Assembly (NCBI GenBank): GCA_963667565.1
Contig: OY763415.1
Location: 1,568,001 to 1,632,000 of the forward strand
Direction of reading: 5' to 3'
Length of the DNA stretch: 64,000 nt
DNA from: Acholeplasmataceae bacterium
GTDB taxonomy: Bacteria; Bacillota_I; Bacilli_A; Acholeplasmatales; Acholeplasmataceae
Below, piece by piece: positions 45,577 through 55,950 of this stretch. The notes below the pieces were generated by a model. The model made no database searches. It was not told where the DNA came from and was given only the letters and a program-made list of their open reading frames with translations. The position numbers and the translations under genes were made by a program. Each line of letters opens with the position of its first letter. Position 1 is the first letter of the stretch.

Positions 45577-46209
45577 ATGAAACTGATATTATTTGATTTA
45601 GATGGTACACTCATTCAATCAACAAAAATTATTTTAGATGTTTTTGTCATGATGTTTGAAAAGTACTTTAAAGATGTAAAACTTGATGAAAAAACACTGA
45701 CAAGCTTTTTAGGTAAAACACTATGGCAAACGTTTGGTGAGTATACAGATGATGAATTACTCATTGAAGAGATTGTTAAAGATTATAGAAAAAATACCGA
45801 AGCTATGATTGAAGATAACTTAGAGAGTTATCCACATGCTTTAGAAACCGTTTCGTATTTTAAAGCAAACAACATTTTAGTTGGTGTGGTCACATCAAAA
45901 ATGAATAAAGTTGCTTTAAGTCATTTAAAACTCGTTGGTTTAGATCAAAGTATTGATCATTTAATTGGATATGATGATGTTAAAGAACATAAACCAAATC
46001 CAGAACCTATCTTAAAAGCATTAGCCTATTTTGATGTAGAGGCAAAAGATGCAGTTTATGTTGGGGATCACGAAAACGATATGAAAGCAGCAAAAGCAGC
46101 AGGCGTTGCGTGTTGCGCAGTGACATATTCAAACAGGTTAGAAGAAATGTTATTAGAAAACCCAGAATATGTGATTGATGATTTAGAAAATTTAAAAGAT
46201 TTAATTTAA
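45577..46209 (+). CDS. HAD hydrolase (PpaX-like pyrophosphatase)
   Basis: FDLDGTL, VTSK, KPNPEP and YVGD motifs; hprK-lgt context. Confidence 0.85.
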   Translation: MKLILFDLDGTLIQSTKIILDVFVMMFEKYFKDVKLDEKTLTSFLGKTLWQTFGEYTDDELLIEEIVKDYRKNTEAMIEDNLESYPHALETVSYFKANNILVGVVTSKMNKVALSHLKLVGLDQSIDHLIGYDDVKEHKPNPEPILKALAYFDVEAKDAVYVGDHENDMKAAKAAGVACCAVTYSNRLEEMLLENPEYVIDDLENLKDLI

Positions 46210-46230
46210 ATATAGAAGGAGAATAAAGTT

Positions 46231-47145
46231 ATGTTATATGATGTATTAATTATTGGGACAGGTCCTGCAGGAATTACTGCTGGTATCTATGCTAAAAGAG
46301 CAAATTTGAAGGTTGCAATGTTTGAAAAGGACACACCAGGTGGACAACTTTCAAAATACAATGAAATTGAAAACTATACAGGGGCTAAAAAAGTTGCTGG
46401 TTATGAACTTGCGACAATGATGATTGATCACGCTTATGATTTAGGCGTTGAAGTCATCTATGATGAAGTCACTAAAGTAGAATTAGAAGGAAATGTTAAA
46501 AAAGTCGTTACACCTAATGGTACATATGATGCTAAAGCAGTGATCATTGCGACAGGTAATGTTCCAAGAAGATTAGGCGTTGAAAATGAAGATTTCTTAG
46601 CAATGAACGGTATTAGCTGGTGTGCAATTTGTGACGGCCCATTATACAAAGATAGAAAAGTCGTTGTGATCGGCGGTGGAAATAGTGCTGTTGAAGAGGC
46701 TGCATATCTTGCAACACTTGCAACACATGTTACTGTTGTTCAAAATTTAGCCATGTTAACTGCTGATAAAAAAGCTCAAGATATTTTATTAAAACAAAAA
46801 AATGTTGATATTAAGTATTCAACTGTTGTTAATAAATTCTTAATGGATGACAAAGGATTAACAGGTGTTGAATTAAAAGATGAAGCCGGCAATTTAACTG
46901 TTGTTGATGCTGAAGGTGTATTTGAATATGTAGGCTTAATTCCAGTGACTGATATGGTTAAAGAATTAGGCGTAACAAATAAATATGGTTATATTGAAGC
47001 AAACGAAAAAATGGAAACTAAAGTTCCAGGCATCTATGGTGCTGGTGATGTGATTGCTAAACAAATCAGACAAGTTGTTACTGCAACTGCAGATGGTGCA
47101 ATTGCTGTACAAAACTGCTTAAAGTATTTAGAAACTTGGGAGTAA
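46231..47145 (+). CDS. trxB: Thioredoxin reductase
   Basis: GTGPAG, CAICDG, GGGNSAVEEA and GIYGAGDV motifs. Confidence 0.95.
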   Translation: MLYDVLIIGTGPAGITAGIYAKRANLKVAMFEKDTPGGQLSKYNEIENYTGAKKVAGYELATMMIDHAYDLGVEVIYDEVTKVELEGNVKKVVTPNGTYDAKAVIIATGNVPRRLGVENEDFLAMNGISWCAICDGPLYKDRKVVVIGGGNSAVEEAAYLATLATHVTVVQNLAMLTADKKAQDILLKQKNVDIKYSTVVNKFLMDDKGLTGVELKDEAGNLTVVDAEGVFEYVGLIPVTDMVKELGVTNKYGYIEANEKMETKVPGIYGAGDVIAKQIRQVVTATADGAIAVQNCLKYLETWE

Positions 47146-47146
47146 G

Positions 47147-48088
47147 ATGAGTTTTGCTAAAACTGTAAAAGAAGAATTGGTCACAATTCCTGTTGAGTTA
47201 GAAGGACAGTTGGCAGAGTTTGCCGCATTCTTAAACCTTAACACTGAATTTCATATTGAATCTAAACAAAAAATGTTAGATTTTAAAACCAATAGTCCAA
47301 CCGTTGCAAAACGGTTTTTACAGCTTACAAAAACGTTGTATCAATCTGATACATCGCTTTTAACTCAACAACAAACAAAATTAAATAAAAGACAAACCAT
47401 TATTGTTAGAGTTGAAACTAAAGTTGATGATATTATCTCTGAGCATGGATTATTAGAAAACGAGATTGAATCACAAATATTACTCACGCAATCTTTTGAT
47501 GCAAAACGTGCATTTTTACGTGCTTGCTTTTTGGCAACTGGTTCAATGAACCATCCAAAGACAGCAGAATATCATTTAGAAATATTTTCAAGAAACTCTG
47601 AACAAATCATATTAATCCAAAGTGTGATGAACGCTTTTGAATTAAATGCAAAAATTACCAATAGAAGAACCGGTTATATTGTATATATAAAGGATGCTGA
47701 AGGTATCAGCATGTTTTTACAATTGATTGGTGCTCAAAATGCGTTATTTCAATTTGAAGACATTAGAATCAAAAGAGATTTTAATAATTCCATCAATCGT
47801 GTGATGAATTGTGAAATTGCAAATGAAAAAAAAGCGATAGTTGCAGCAAATTCACAATTAGATGATATTCATTTAGTGACGAAGTATTATCCTAAAGATC
47901 AGCTTAATACTAAGCTAAATCAAATCATTGAACTTAGAACTGAACATCCTGATATGAGTTTAAGTGAACTCTCAGAATTATATGAGGAAAGATTTAATGA
48001 ACCTTTGAGTAAATCGGGGTTAAATCATAGGCTCAAAAAATTAAGAGAATTAGCAGATCAAATCAGAGAAAGTGGGTATCAACAATGA
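47147..48088 (+). CDS. whiA: DNA-binding protein WhiA
   Basis: MSFAKTVKEEL, YHLEI, NRVMNCEIAN and SKSGLNHRL motifs. Confidence 0.95.
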   Translation: MSFAKTVKEELVTIPVELEGQLAEFAAFLNLNTEFHIESKQKMLDFKTNSPTVAKRFLQLTKTLYQSDTSLLTQQQTKLNKRQTIIVRVETKVDDIISEHGLLENEIESQILLTQSFDAKRAFLRACFLATGSMNHPKTAEYHLEIFSRNSEQIILIQSVMNAFELNAKITNRRTGYIVYIKDAEGISMFLQLIGAQNALFQFEDIRIKRDFNNSINRVMNCEIANEKKAIVAANSQLDDIHLVTKYYPKDQLNTKLNQIIELRTEHPDMSLSELSELYEERFNEPLSKSGLNHRLKKLRELADQIRESGYQQ

Positions 48089-48438
48089 TTAAAGGTATGG
48101 GTATTGATTTAGTTGATTTAAATCGCATTAGAGAAATCGCAGATGATAGATTTATACATCGTATATTAAGCGATGATGAATATAAACTTTATTTAAATAT
48201 TGCCAATGAAAAAACAAAATTAACTTTTTTAGGTGGACGATTTGCAGCAAAAGAAGCCATCTTTAAAGCCGTTTCAAAAGGTAATGGCACTGCATATTAT
48301 AAAGACTTTTCAGTGCTTGCAGATGAGAATGGAAAACCTTATGTTGAAAGTGACTTTTTTGAAGATCACGACTTAATTCATATAACAATCACGCACACGG
48401 ATGAACTTGCGATTGCTTATGTGGTGATTGAGGGTTAA
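48085..48438 (+). CDS. acpS: Holo-ACP synthase
   Basis: GMGIDLV, GRFAAKEA and GKP motifs. Confidence 0.94.
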   Translation: MIKGMGIDLVDLNRIREIADDRFIHRILSDDEYKLYLNIANEKTKLTFLGGRFAAKEAIFKAVSKGNGTAYYKDFSVLADENGKPYVESDFFEDHDLIHITITHTDELAIAYVVIEG

Positions 48439-48509
48439 ACATAATTCAACATAGTGTTGTAATTTATCAATGTTTTCGGTATAATTTTTTATGGATAGGA
48501 TGTGACCTT

Positions 48510-49193
48510 ATGGCGAACAAAAAGAAACCAAATAAACAAAAAGCAGTATCAAATAAACCAGCTTCAGTGAAACAACCGGAGAAGAAAGGTTTATTACAAG
48601 AAGCGAAAGAACCAACAAAAAACGAAATTTTATTCTATAGAATAGGTATGATTGCAGTCTCATTAGTTGTTTTAGTGTTTGTAGCATTTATTCTAATCAA
48701 TCATTTTACAAAAGATGATACAGTGCCGTATGAAGATTATGTAACCATTACGCATTCAAGCTTAACTGAAATCGTTAAAGATAATGGCGATAGCACTTAT
48801 GGTGACTTCACATATTTTAATGGATTAGATGGTTATGAAAATATTGCTGATTTAATTAATAAAAATGATGTGATTTATTTCTATTTCTATCATTCATCAG
48901 CGATTGATACTGATGTTGAGGCAGCAATTTTAGCACAAACATCAATTGGATTAATTCCAACAGTAACACTCATGACTGATAATCCAGATGCTTCATTTAT
49001 CGCATTTATTTTAATTGATTTAGATGATGCAGCAAACGGATCATTAATCGCAGATACATCGATTTCATATTTAGATTTAAATGATACAGATACACAATTT
49101 TTAGTGACATTTGATATTTATAATCCAGATGGAACTCCATTTGCAATGGAAGAAGATTCAGCGAAGATTGTTGATATCATCAATAACTTATAA
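48510..49193 (+). CDS. Single-pass membrane protein of unknown function
   Basis: Basic N-terminus, one TM, acidic external domain; followed by the hairpin AAAAGGGC-CTA-GCCCTTTT. Confidence 0.7.
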   Translation: MANKKKPNKQKAVSNKPASVKQPEKKGLLQEAKEPTKNEILFYRIGMIAVSLVVLVFVAFILINHFTKDDTVPYEDYVTITHSSLTEIVKDNGDSTYGDFTYFNGLDGYENIADLINKNDVIYFYFYHSSAIDTDVEAAILAQTSIGLIPTVTLMTDNPDASFIAFILIDLDDAANGSLIADTSISYLDLNDTDTQFLVTFDIYNPDGTPFAMEEDSAKIVDIINNL

Positions 49194-49246
49194 AAGACTT
49201 TAAAAGGGCCTAGCCCTTTTGTGTTATATAGAGGAGGTTAATTTAA

Positions 49247-51412
49247 ATGAACGAACAAATCATAAAAGATATTAAAGAAACTTTAGGGATCTCTGTTAAA
49301 CAAATTCAGACTGTCTTAGATTTGCTTAATGAAGGGAATACCATTCCATTTATTGCAAGATATCGTAAAGAAGCAACCGGTGGTTTGGATGAGGAACAAA
49401 TCAATGAGATTTATAAGACTTGGAATTATCAATTAAATTTACTTGAAAGAAAAGAAGCAGTTATCAGATTAATTGATGAAAAAGGCATGCTTACAGATCA
49501 ATTAAAAGCAGATATTTTAAAAGCAGATAAACTCGTTGAAGTTGAAGATTTATATCGACCATATAAAGAAAAGAAAAAAACAAAAGCAACCGAAGCGATT
49601 GCTAAAGGTTTAGAACCACTTACGACATGGATGCTCATGTTTTCAAAAGATAGTGTTTTAGAACAAGCTACAAATTTTGTTAATGACAAAGTAGCAAGCG
49701 TTGAAGAAGCGATTGAAGGGGCAAAATACATTATTGCAGAAATGATATCTGATAATGCTGATTATCGTAAAGCATTAAGAAAATCAGTGGTAGATGATGG
49801 TTTAGTCGTGACTCAAGTGAAAAAAGATGCGGAAGATGAAAGAAAAGTATATGAGATGTATTACGATTATCATGAACCTGTCATTCAAATGAAGCCTCAT
49901 CGTATTTTAGCGATTAATCGCGCTGAAAAAGAAAAAGTCATTTCAGTTAAAATTGAAATGGATAAAGATGTGCTTACACAATATTTAGTCTTTCATATGA
50001 TTAAAGATGAAACATCACCTGCAACACCTTACATTAAAGAAGCGATTGATGACGCATTAAAACGCTTAATTTATCCAAGTATTGAAAGAGAAGTTAGAAG
50101 TGAATTAACAGAAAAAGCAGAAGAACAAGCGATTGAAGTCTTTTCTGACAATTTAAATAAATTATTATTACAACCACCACTTAAGGGTAAGGTCGTTTTA
50201 GGGGTTGACCCTGCATTTAGAACTGGATGTAAATTATCAGTATGTAATGAGCAAGGTACAGTTTTAGAAAAAAGTGTGATTTATCCTCATGAAAAGACTA
50301 AGGGTGGCACTGTTACTGATCAACAAATCCAAGAGTCTCAAAGAACACTCATTAGACTTATTCATAAGTATAAAGTTGAGTTGATTGCAATTGGTAATGG
50401 GACAGCTTCAAGAGAGACAGAAAGTTTCATTGCTGATTTAATTAAAACAACAGGTATGAAAGTTCAATATGTGATTGTTAATGAAGCTGGAGCATCAGTG
50501 TATTCAGCAAGTGAGCTTGCAAGAGAAGAATTCCCTGATTTTTCAGTTGAAGAAAGATCAGCAGCATCAATTGCAAGACGTTTACAAGATCCATTATCAG
50601 AACTTGTTAAAATTGATCCTAAATCAATTGGTGTTGGTCAATATCAACACGACGTATCAGCTAAAAAGTTAAATGAGTCATTAAACTTTGTTGTCATGCA
50701 AGCTGTTAATAGTGTAGGTGTGAATGTAAACACCGCATCTAAGTCACTACTTATGTATGTTTCAGGACTTAATAAATCAAGTGCTGAAAACATCGTAAAG
50801 TATAGAGATAAAGTCGGTAAATTTAACTCAAGAGAAGATATTTTAAAAGTGCCTAAACTAGGTGGTAAAACATTTGAACAAGCAGCAGGATTTTTAAGAA
50901 TTCCTGAAGGTGATGAAGCACTTGATATGACTGCAGTCCATCCTGAAAGCTATGAAGCAGCTAAACAAGTCATGAAAAAACTAGGAATCACGAGCGATAT
51001 GTTTGGTAAACCTGAAGTGAAATTGTTTATATCACAAGTGGATCATAAGAAACTACAAGATGAACTCAAGATTGATAAATATACATTAGAAGATATTTTA
51101 GACGCATTTATCGCACCACTTAGAGATCCACGTGATCAATTTGCACAACCCATCTTAAGATCAGATATCCTAAAAATTGATGATTTGGTCGTTGGTATGG
51201 AATTAGAAGGTACAGTGAGAAACGTCGTTGATTTTGGTGCATTTATTGACGTTGGATTAAAAAATGATGGTTTATGTCACATCTCAAAAATCTCTAAATC
51301 ATACATCAAACATCCAAAGGATGTATTAAATGTAGGGGATATTGTTAAGGTCTATGTTTTAAATGTAGATAAAGACCGAGGAAAAGTCGGATTAACAATG
51401 ATAAAAGAGTGA
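49247..51412 (+). CDS. tex: Tex-family transcription accessory protein
   Basis: TIPFIARYRKE, GVDPAFRTGCK, IGNGTASRE, EAGASVYSAS and a C-terminal S1 domain. Confidence 0.95.
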   Translation: MNEQIIKDIKETLGISVKQIQTVLDLLNEGNTIPFIARYRKEATGGLDEEQINEIYKTWNYQLNLLERKEAVIRLIDEKGMLTDQLKADILKADKLVEVEDLYRPYKEKKKTKATEAIAKGLEPLTTWMLMFSKDSVLEQATNFVNDKVASVEEAIEGAKYIIAEMISDNADYRKALRKSVVDDGLVVTQVKKDAEDERKVYEMYYDYHEPVIQMKPHRILAINRAEKEKVISVKIEMDKDVLTQYLVFHMIKDETSPATPYIKEAIDDALKRLIYPSIEREVRSELTEKAEEQAIEVFSDNLNKLLLQPPLKGKVVLGVDPAFRTGCKLSVCNEQGTVLEKSVIYPHEKTKGGTVTDQQIQESQRTLIRLIHKYKVELIAIGNGTASRETESFIADLIKTTGMKVQYVIVNEAGASVYSASELAREEFPDFSVEERSAASIARRLQDPLSELVKIDPKSIGVGQYQHDVSAKKLNESLNFVVMQAVNSVGVNVNTASKSLLMYVSGLNKSSAENIVKYRDKVGKFNSREDILKVPKLGGKTFEQAAGFLRIPEGDEALDMTAVHPESYEAAKQVMKKLGITSDMFGKPEVKLFISQVDHKKLQDELKIDKYTLEDILDAFIAPLRDPRDQFAQPILRSDILKIDDLVVGMELEGTVRNVVDFGAFIDVGLKNDGLCHISKISKSYIKHPKDVLNVGDIVKVYVLNVDKDRGKVGLTMIKE

Positions 51413-51419
51413 AAATAGG

Positions 51420-51448
51420 TTGACAATCAGTTAAAAATACGATATTCT
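51420..51448 (+). promoter_or_regulatory. sigmaA promoter of the tRNA pair
   Basis: TTGACA-17 nt-TATTCT. Confidence 0.8.
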
Positions 51449-51484
51449 ATAAAGGCGCAAAACACGCACTTATAGTTTATGGTT

Positions 51485-51575
51485 GGAGTAGTACTCAAGT
51501 GGCTCAAGAGGTGCCCCTGCTAAGGGTATAGGTCGGGAAACCGGCGCGAGGGTTCAAATCCCTCCTGCTCCGCCA
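51485..51575 (+). tRNA. tRNA-Ser (GCT)
   Basis: Acceptor GGAGTAG/CTGCTCC, anticodon loop CTGCTAA, long variable arm, GGTTCAAATCC, encoded CCA. Confidence 0.96.
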
Positions 51576-51578
51576 CGT

Positions 51579-51654
51579 GGCCCGTTGGAGAAACGGTTAA
51601 CTCACATGCCTTTCACGCATGCATTCACGGGTTCGAATCCCGTACGGGTCACCA
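51579..51654 (+). tRNA. tRNA-Glu (TTC)
   Basis: GGCCCGT/ACGGGTC acceptor, CATGC-CTTTCAC-GCATG anticodon arm, GGTTCGAATCC, encoded CCA. Confidence 0.97.
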
Positions 51655-51668
51655 ATATCATAATCAAT

Positions 51669-51698
51669 GCTCTTCTCACCCGTGGGAAGGGCTTTTTT
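51669..51698 (+). terminator. tRNA operon terminator
   Basis: GCTCTTCTCA-CCCG-TGGGAAGGGC followed by T6. Confidence 0.85.
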
Positions 51699-52220
51699 AT
51701 AGATATCTATATGCTAGTGTCATATTTAAATCTGTGTAATTATTGGTAAAAAATCAAAATTCGTCATTGTCAGATGAATTTAAGAAGATTTCTTAAAACT
51801 TACGTGCAAATAAGCAAATTTTAAATCAATTCTTGAAGATCTATATCATATTTCCAATTTGCTTATAAAAAAAGGACTTATATTGATGCAAATTTTATAT
51901 TGCATACGTGGCATATATCTCTGATTTACGGAGATTGAAAGGCATTTAATAGTCTTCACACTATTTTGATAATATAATCTCGGCAATATAAAGAAGTAGA
52001 ATCTAAAATTTAATGTACAAATTTTTTATGGTATTGAGTATTTGATTTTTTCTGATTGAAATTAAAATATCTAAACTATAAATTTCTAGTAAAATGATAA
52101 TTGCCTATATGTTGAGTTTCTATTATATTTCTTCCTATTAAAATGGATGACTAGTGGTAAAAAAATTTTTATTAAAAAGCTCAGTAATCTATGGTAAAAT
52201 TGTATTGAAAAGGTGAAGAA

Positions 52221-54068
52221 ATGAGATACTTAGGGAATAAGACAAAACTATTGATTCAAATTGAAGAATTTATAAAAAAAAACAATATTGTTGGGTTGAA
52301 TATTACTGATTTGTTTGCTGGAACAGGTAGTGTTGGTGATCACTTCAAGGGTTCATACAAAATAACAGCAAACGATTTTATGTATTATTCATATGTGATT
52401 AACAGGGCTAAAATCATGAATTCTGATCTACCTACATTTAGAGATTTTTATAAGAATTTCAAAACAGATATTTTTGATTGGCTAAATAAAAAAACATATG
52501 AAAGTAATGGGCATTTTTTTATATATAATAACTATACACCTATAGGAAATAGAATGTTTTTCACTGAAGAAAATGCACTAAAAATTGATGGGATTAGAAT
52601 TACAATTGAAGATTTGTACAAAAAGGAATTTATTAGCGAAGAAGAATATTATTTTTTACTAGGATCTTTGCTTGAGAGCGTAAATAAAGTATCAAATACT
52701 TCAGGTACTTACGAAGCTTTCTTTAAGTTCTGGGAGTCAAGAGCACTGAAAAAATTTACTTTGGAACCTTTAACTTTTAACAAAGTGAATTTGAAGTCAG
52801 ATAAAAATGAGGTGTTTAGTATGGACGCTAATGAACTTGTAAAGACTATAACAGGTGATATTGTATATATAGATACTCCATATACTGTTACTCAATATTC
52901 ATCAGCATATCATATATTAGAAACTATAGCTAGATATGATTATCCAATAATTAAAGGTATAGGTGGTAAGCGATCTAAAGGAAAAAATATATCATTATAT
53001 AGCAGAAAAAACCAAGCATATAGTGAGTTTGAGGACTTATTAAGAAAATTGCAGTTTAAAGACATAATTATTAGTTATTCAAATCAGAGTTTACTTGAAA
53101 TGAATGATTTAATAGAGCTATGTAAGAAGTATGCAAAAAATGAGGATGTAATTGTTGAAGAAATTGAGTTTCAACAATACAAGAATCATAGAGGTAGAAA
53201 CAAGTCTAATAAATTAAAAGAATATTTACTTTATTTTCAAAAAGATTTCATTCCCATTAAATCTCCATTAAATTATTCAGGCAGTAAGGATACAATTATA
53301 AGGAACATTGTTAATGAATTGCCTAAATCTATTGATGTTTTTGTCGATGTAATGGGTGGAGCATTTAATGTTGGAGCAAACGTATATGCGAATAAGTATA
53401 TTCAATATAATGAGATTAATGAGTTTGTTTATGATATTGTGAAATGGCTTTTATCTGAAAAAAAAGAGGATATTATCAAAGATGTAGAGAGTACCATTAG
53501 GAAATTTAATTTAAGCAAAGCTGATAAAAATAACTATTTGAATCTTCGTAACACATACAACAGAAGCAAAGATAAAGTATTGTTGTATGTTTTGCATATG
53601 TATTCTTTTCAGAATATGATTAGATTTAATTCTAATAAGAAAATGAACACGCCTATTGGTGTCGCCGGGTATAGTAAAGATATGAGAGAAAGAATTTTGA
53701 ATTTTACAACTAAAACGAAAGAAATTCAGTTTACGAATTTAGACTATATTAATATTGATTATAGCGCTTATAATAAAAATACTGTATTTTATTTTGATCC
53801 TCCTTATTATATTACAAGTGCATCGTATAATGATGGAAAGCGTGGTTTTAAAGGATGGAGTGCAGATGAAGAAACTGAATTACTTGATATACTTCTTTCA
53901 ATTGATAGAATGGGTTATAAATTTGTCCTCTCAAATGTGATAAAACATAGAGATAGAACAAATTTCATCTTGCTTGATTGGATAAAGGAGCATAATTTTA
54001 GAATTGTTGATGTAGGAGCAACTGGGTGGAGATATAAAAAAAATGAAATCATTGTGATAAACTATTAG
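52221..54068 (+). CDS. Fused double N6-adenine DNA methyltransferase (M.FokI/M.StsI-like)
   Basis: Domain 1: RYLGNK, DLFAGTG, SNTSGTY, YIDTPY. Domain 2: SPLNYSGSK, DVMGG, IRFNS, YFDPPY. Confidence 0.88.
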   Translation: MRYLGNKTKLLIQIEEFIKKNNIVGLNITDLFAGTGSVGDHFKGSYKITANDFMYYSYVINRAKIMNSDLPTFRDFYKNFKTDIFDWLNKKTYESNGHFFIYNNYTPIGNRMFFTEENALKIDGIRITIEDLYKKEFISEEEYYFLLGSLLESVNKVSNTSGTYEAFFKFWESRALKKFTLEPLTFNKVNLKSDKNEVFSMDANELVKTITGDIVYIDTPYTVTQYSSAYHILETIARYDYPIIKGIGGKRSKGKNISLYSRKNQAYSEFEDLLRKLQFKDIIISYSNQSLLEMNDLIELCKKYAKNEDVIVEEIEFQQYKNHRGRNKSNKLKEYLLYFQKDFIPIKSPLNYSGSKDTIIRNIVNELPKSIDVFVDVMGGAFNVGANVYANKYIQYNEINEFVYDIVKWLLSEKKEDIIKDVESTIRKFNLSKADKNNYLNLRNTYNRSKDKVLLYVLHMYSFQNMIRFNSNKKMNTPIGVAGYSKDMRERILNFTTKTKEIQFTNLDYINIDYSAYNKNTVFYFDPPYYITSASYNDGKRGFKGWSADEETELLDILLSIDRMGYKFVLSNVIKHRDRTNFILLDWIKEHNFRIVDVGATGWRYKKNEIIVINY

Positions 54069-54077
54069 GAGGTATTC

Positions 54078-55421
54078 ATGCACTACAAGTTGCAACTAAC
54101 AGTAAAGTTTGAAAAGGTGCTGTCAAATATAGACTATACACAAAGCATTTTACTCAATAGAGGAATAGTATCTAAAGAGAGCATAGAAAAAATTATAAAA
54201 TTTCACATTTTCAAGGAAATAAAAAATTGTGATAATTGTAGTTTGGAATACGTTGATACTCCAAATGGGTATGAACGAAGCGTAACTTATGGAGGAGCTG
54301 TTATTGATGAAAACAATAGACTGATTGCCTATGTTTTTACTACTACAATCGATAAGGATAGCCGATCAGCATATATTTCTCAACAAATCGGAGGAACTGT
54401 ATCAGATATAATCATTAAAACAATTGATGATGAATTAGTCATGATATCTGATATCCCTTTATATATTTTAGACATTGATGCAACTCAATTTACAGATCAA
54501 AAATATTTTTTTATTGAATGTGCATTAGAATGTAATTTAAATGTTATAAATATATTCAATCGTGATTATGAGTTGTACTCTAAAAATATTGGTGTTTATG
54601 ATAAAAATATAACAATTGAAATTCACGACAAGATCATTAAAACTCTTGATCACAATGGAAAAAACAATTATTATGATATAGATATATATAACAAGAAAAT
54701 TAAATTACTTCCAACGCGATTAAAACATGATGGTATGACAAATGAAGTATATTATTATTCTCATCGAGTATTAGCTGCTATTATTTTAGCTAAAAAAAGC
54801 GAATATGAAATACTAACTGATAGTTTTGAGACATATTTTACCTCAAGAAACAAAAACATCGAAGCGTTGCTTTTATTTGCAAAAAAAATGAATAATATAA
54901 TTGATTTGAACAACCCAAACATTAAAATCAATGTAACAAGAAATACTCAAGTATATGATACAAGACCATTTAATAAAAATAGAAGAATAAGGAATTTTAT
55001 CGGTGCAGAAGCACGAGATAAAGTGGAATATGAAGATTATTCTGCGAATCCAGGTAAAATTAGAGAAGCTAGTCTGAGACATGAAAAACTCATTGATAAA
55101 GTTGTATTAATGCTCAAAGAATCTATTGATTTGCCCATATTTGAGAGTTTAATTGACTTGTACTATATAGACGAAGAAAATCACAGAATTGTAATGTATG
55201 AAATGAAAACAATCAATGATAAAAATTGGAAAAAACAGATTAGAACAGCTATTGGACAAATATTAGAATATGAATTCTTTAATTTTGCTGTTAAATATAT
55301 AGGATATGAAGTTGAAAAAATAATAGTCATTGATAATTCAATTCATACCTTAGAATGGGAGAATTGGTTAGTTTTTTTAAAAGAACTCAAAATTGAAATT
55401 TTACACATGGAAATTGACTAA
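54078..55421 (+). CDS. Putative restriction endonuclease with a C-terminal PD-(D/E)xK domain
   Basis: Starts 9 nt after the MTase stop with an AGGAGG RBS; C-terminal IDLY..YEMK..QIRTAIGQILEY motif. Confidence 0.65.
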   Translation: MHYKLQLTVKFEKVLSNIDYTQSILLNRGIVSKESIEKIIKFHIFKEIKNCDNCSLEYVDTPNGYERSVTYGGAVIDENNRLIAYVFTTTIDKDSRSAYISQQIGGTVSDIIIKTIDDELVMISDIPLYILDIDATQFTDQKYFFIECALECNLNVINIFNRDYELYSKNIGVYDKNITIEIHDKIIKTLDHNGKNNYYDIDIYNKKIKLLPTRLKHDGMTNEVYYYSHRVLAAIILAKKSEYEILTDSFETYFTSRNKNIEALLLFAKKMNNIIDLNNPNIKINVTRNTQVYDTRPFNKNRRIRNFIGAEARDKVEYEDYSANPGKIREASLRHEKLIDKVVLMLKESIDLPIFESLIDLYYIDEENHRIVMYEMKTINDKNWKKQIRTAIGQILEYEFFNFAVKYIGYEVEKIIVIDNSIHTLEWENWLVFLKELKIEILHMEID

Positions 55422-55670
55422 TAACATCATACACCGAATTATCATTTTTCATCTGATAGCACACTTATCTATGTTTTTGCATTAGAGAATCCATTCAAGA
55501 TTTGAGTAGTAGTGAAAAAATTATAAGATTTGTTACTATCTAAAGTAGATGGTATCCACTAATGTGATTTTTTGTTACAGAAAAAAACACTAGCGTTTCC
55601 AAAAAATCATATGATCACGAAGATGTTTATGTTAAACGAGCTTGATTCACTTGGGAAAAATCGTGAATCA

Positions 55671-55685
55671 GTACGGGTCACCAAT
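55671..55685 (+). repeat. att-like duplicate of the tRNA-Glu 3' end
   Basis: 15/15 identity to 51642-51656. Confidence 0.9.
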
Positions 55686-55697
55686 GCTAGTCGCGTA

Positions 55698-55728
55698 GCC
55701 ATTCTCAAACGTGAGAATGGCTTTTTTT
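55698..55728 (+). terminator. Terminator following the duplicated tRNA end
   Basis: GCCATTCTCA-AACG-TGAGAATGGC followed by T7. Confidence 0.85.
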
Positions 55729-55950
55729 GTCTTTGCTAGGGTGATAAGTTAATGAAATCAAAAATATATAGTAGTTTGTGGAATTTCTAAAAGAAAGTCA
55801 GATTAATAATCCCTAAAAATATCAGAGAAAGCATGCCTTTATGATTGACTTTACGATTAAAATGTTTGATATATACCAAAAGTGCATTGAAAAGCACCAA
55901 TTATGTAAACTACAAAAATGCTTTATTTTTAGTTGTTATACTATAGTTAA

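Larger units (their letters stand above)
51642..55685. mobile_element. tRNA-Glu-anchored genomic islet (~4 kb, no integrase) carrying a putative restriction-modification pair
   Basis: GTACGGGTCACCAAT at 51642-51656 (tRNA 3' end) recurs at 55671-55685; the interior is very AT-rich. Confidence 0.78.

Noticed and set aside
52145..52149. GGATG (FokI site) upstream of the methyltransferase as an autoregulatory site
   Set aside because: A 5-mer that occurs many times in the window, and the enzyme's specificity is unknown.
51700..52200. Integrase remnant or structured RNA in the islet's left non-coding part (e.g. ATAAGCAAATT/AATTTGCTTAT at 51810-51866)
   Set aside because: I found no recombinase motifs in the frames I translated by hand, and short inverted repeats are expected in such AT-rich DNA.
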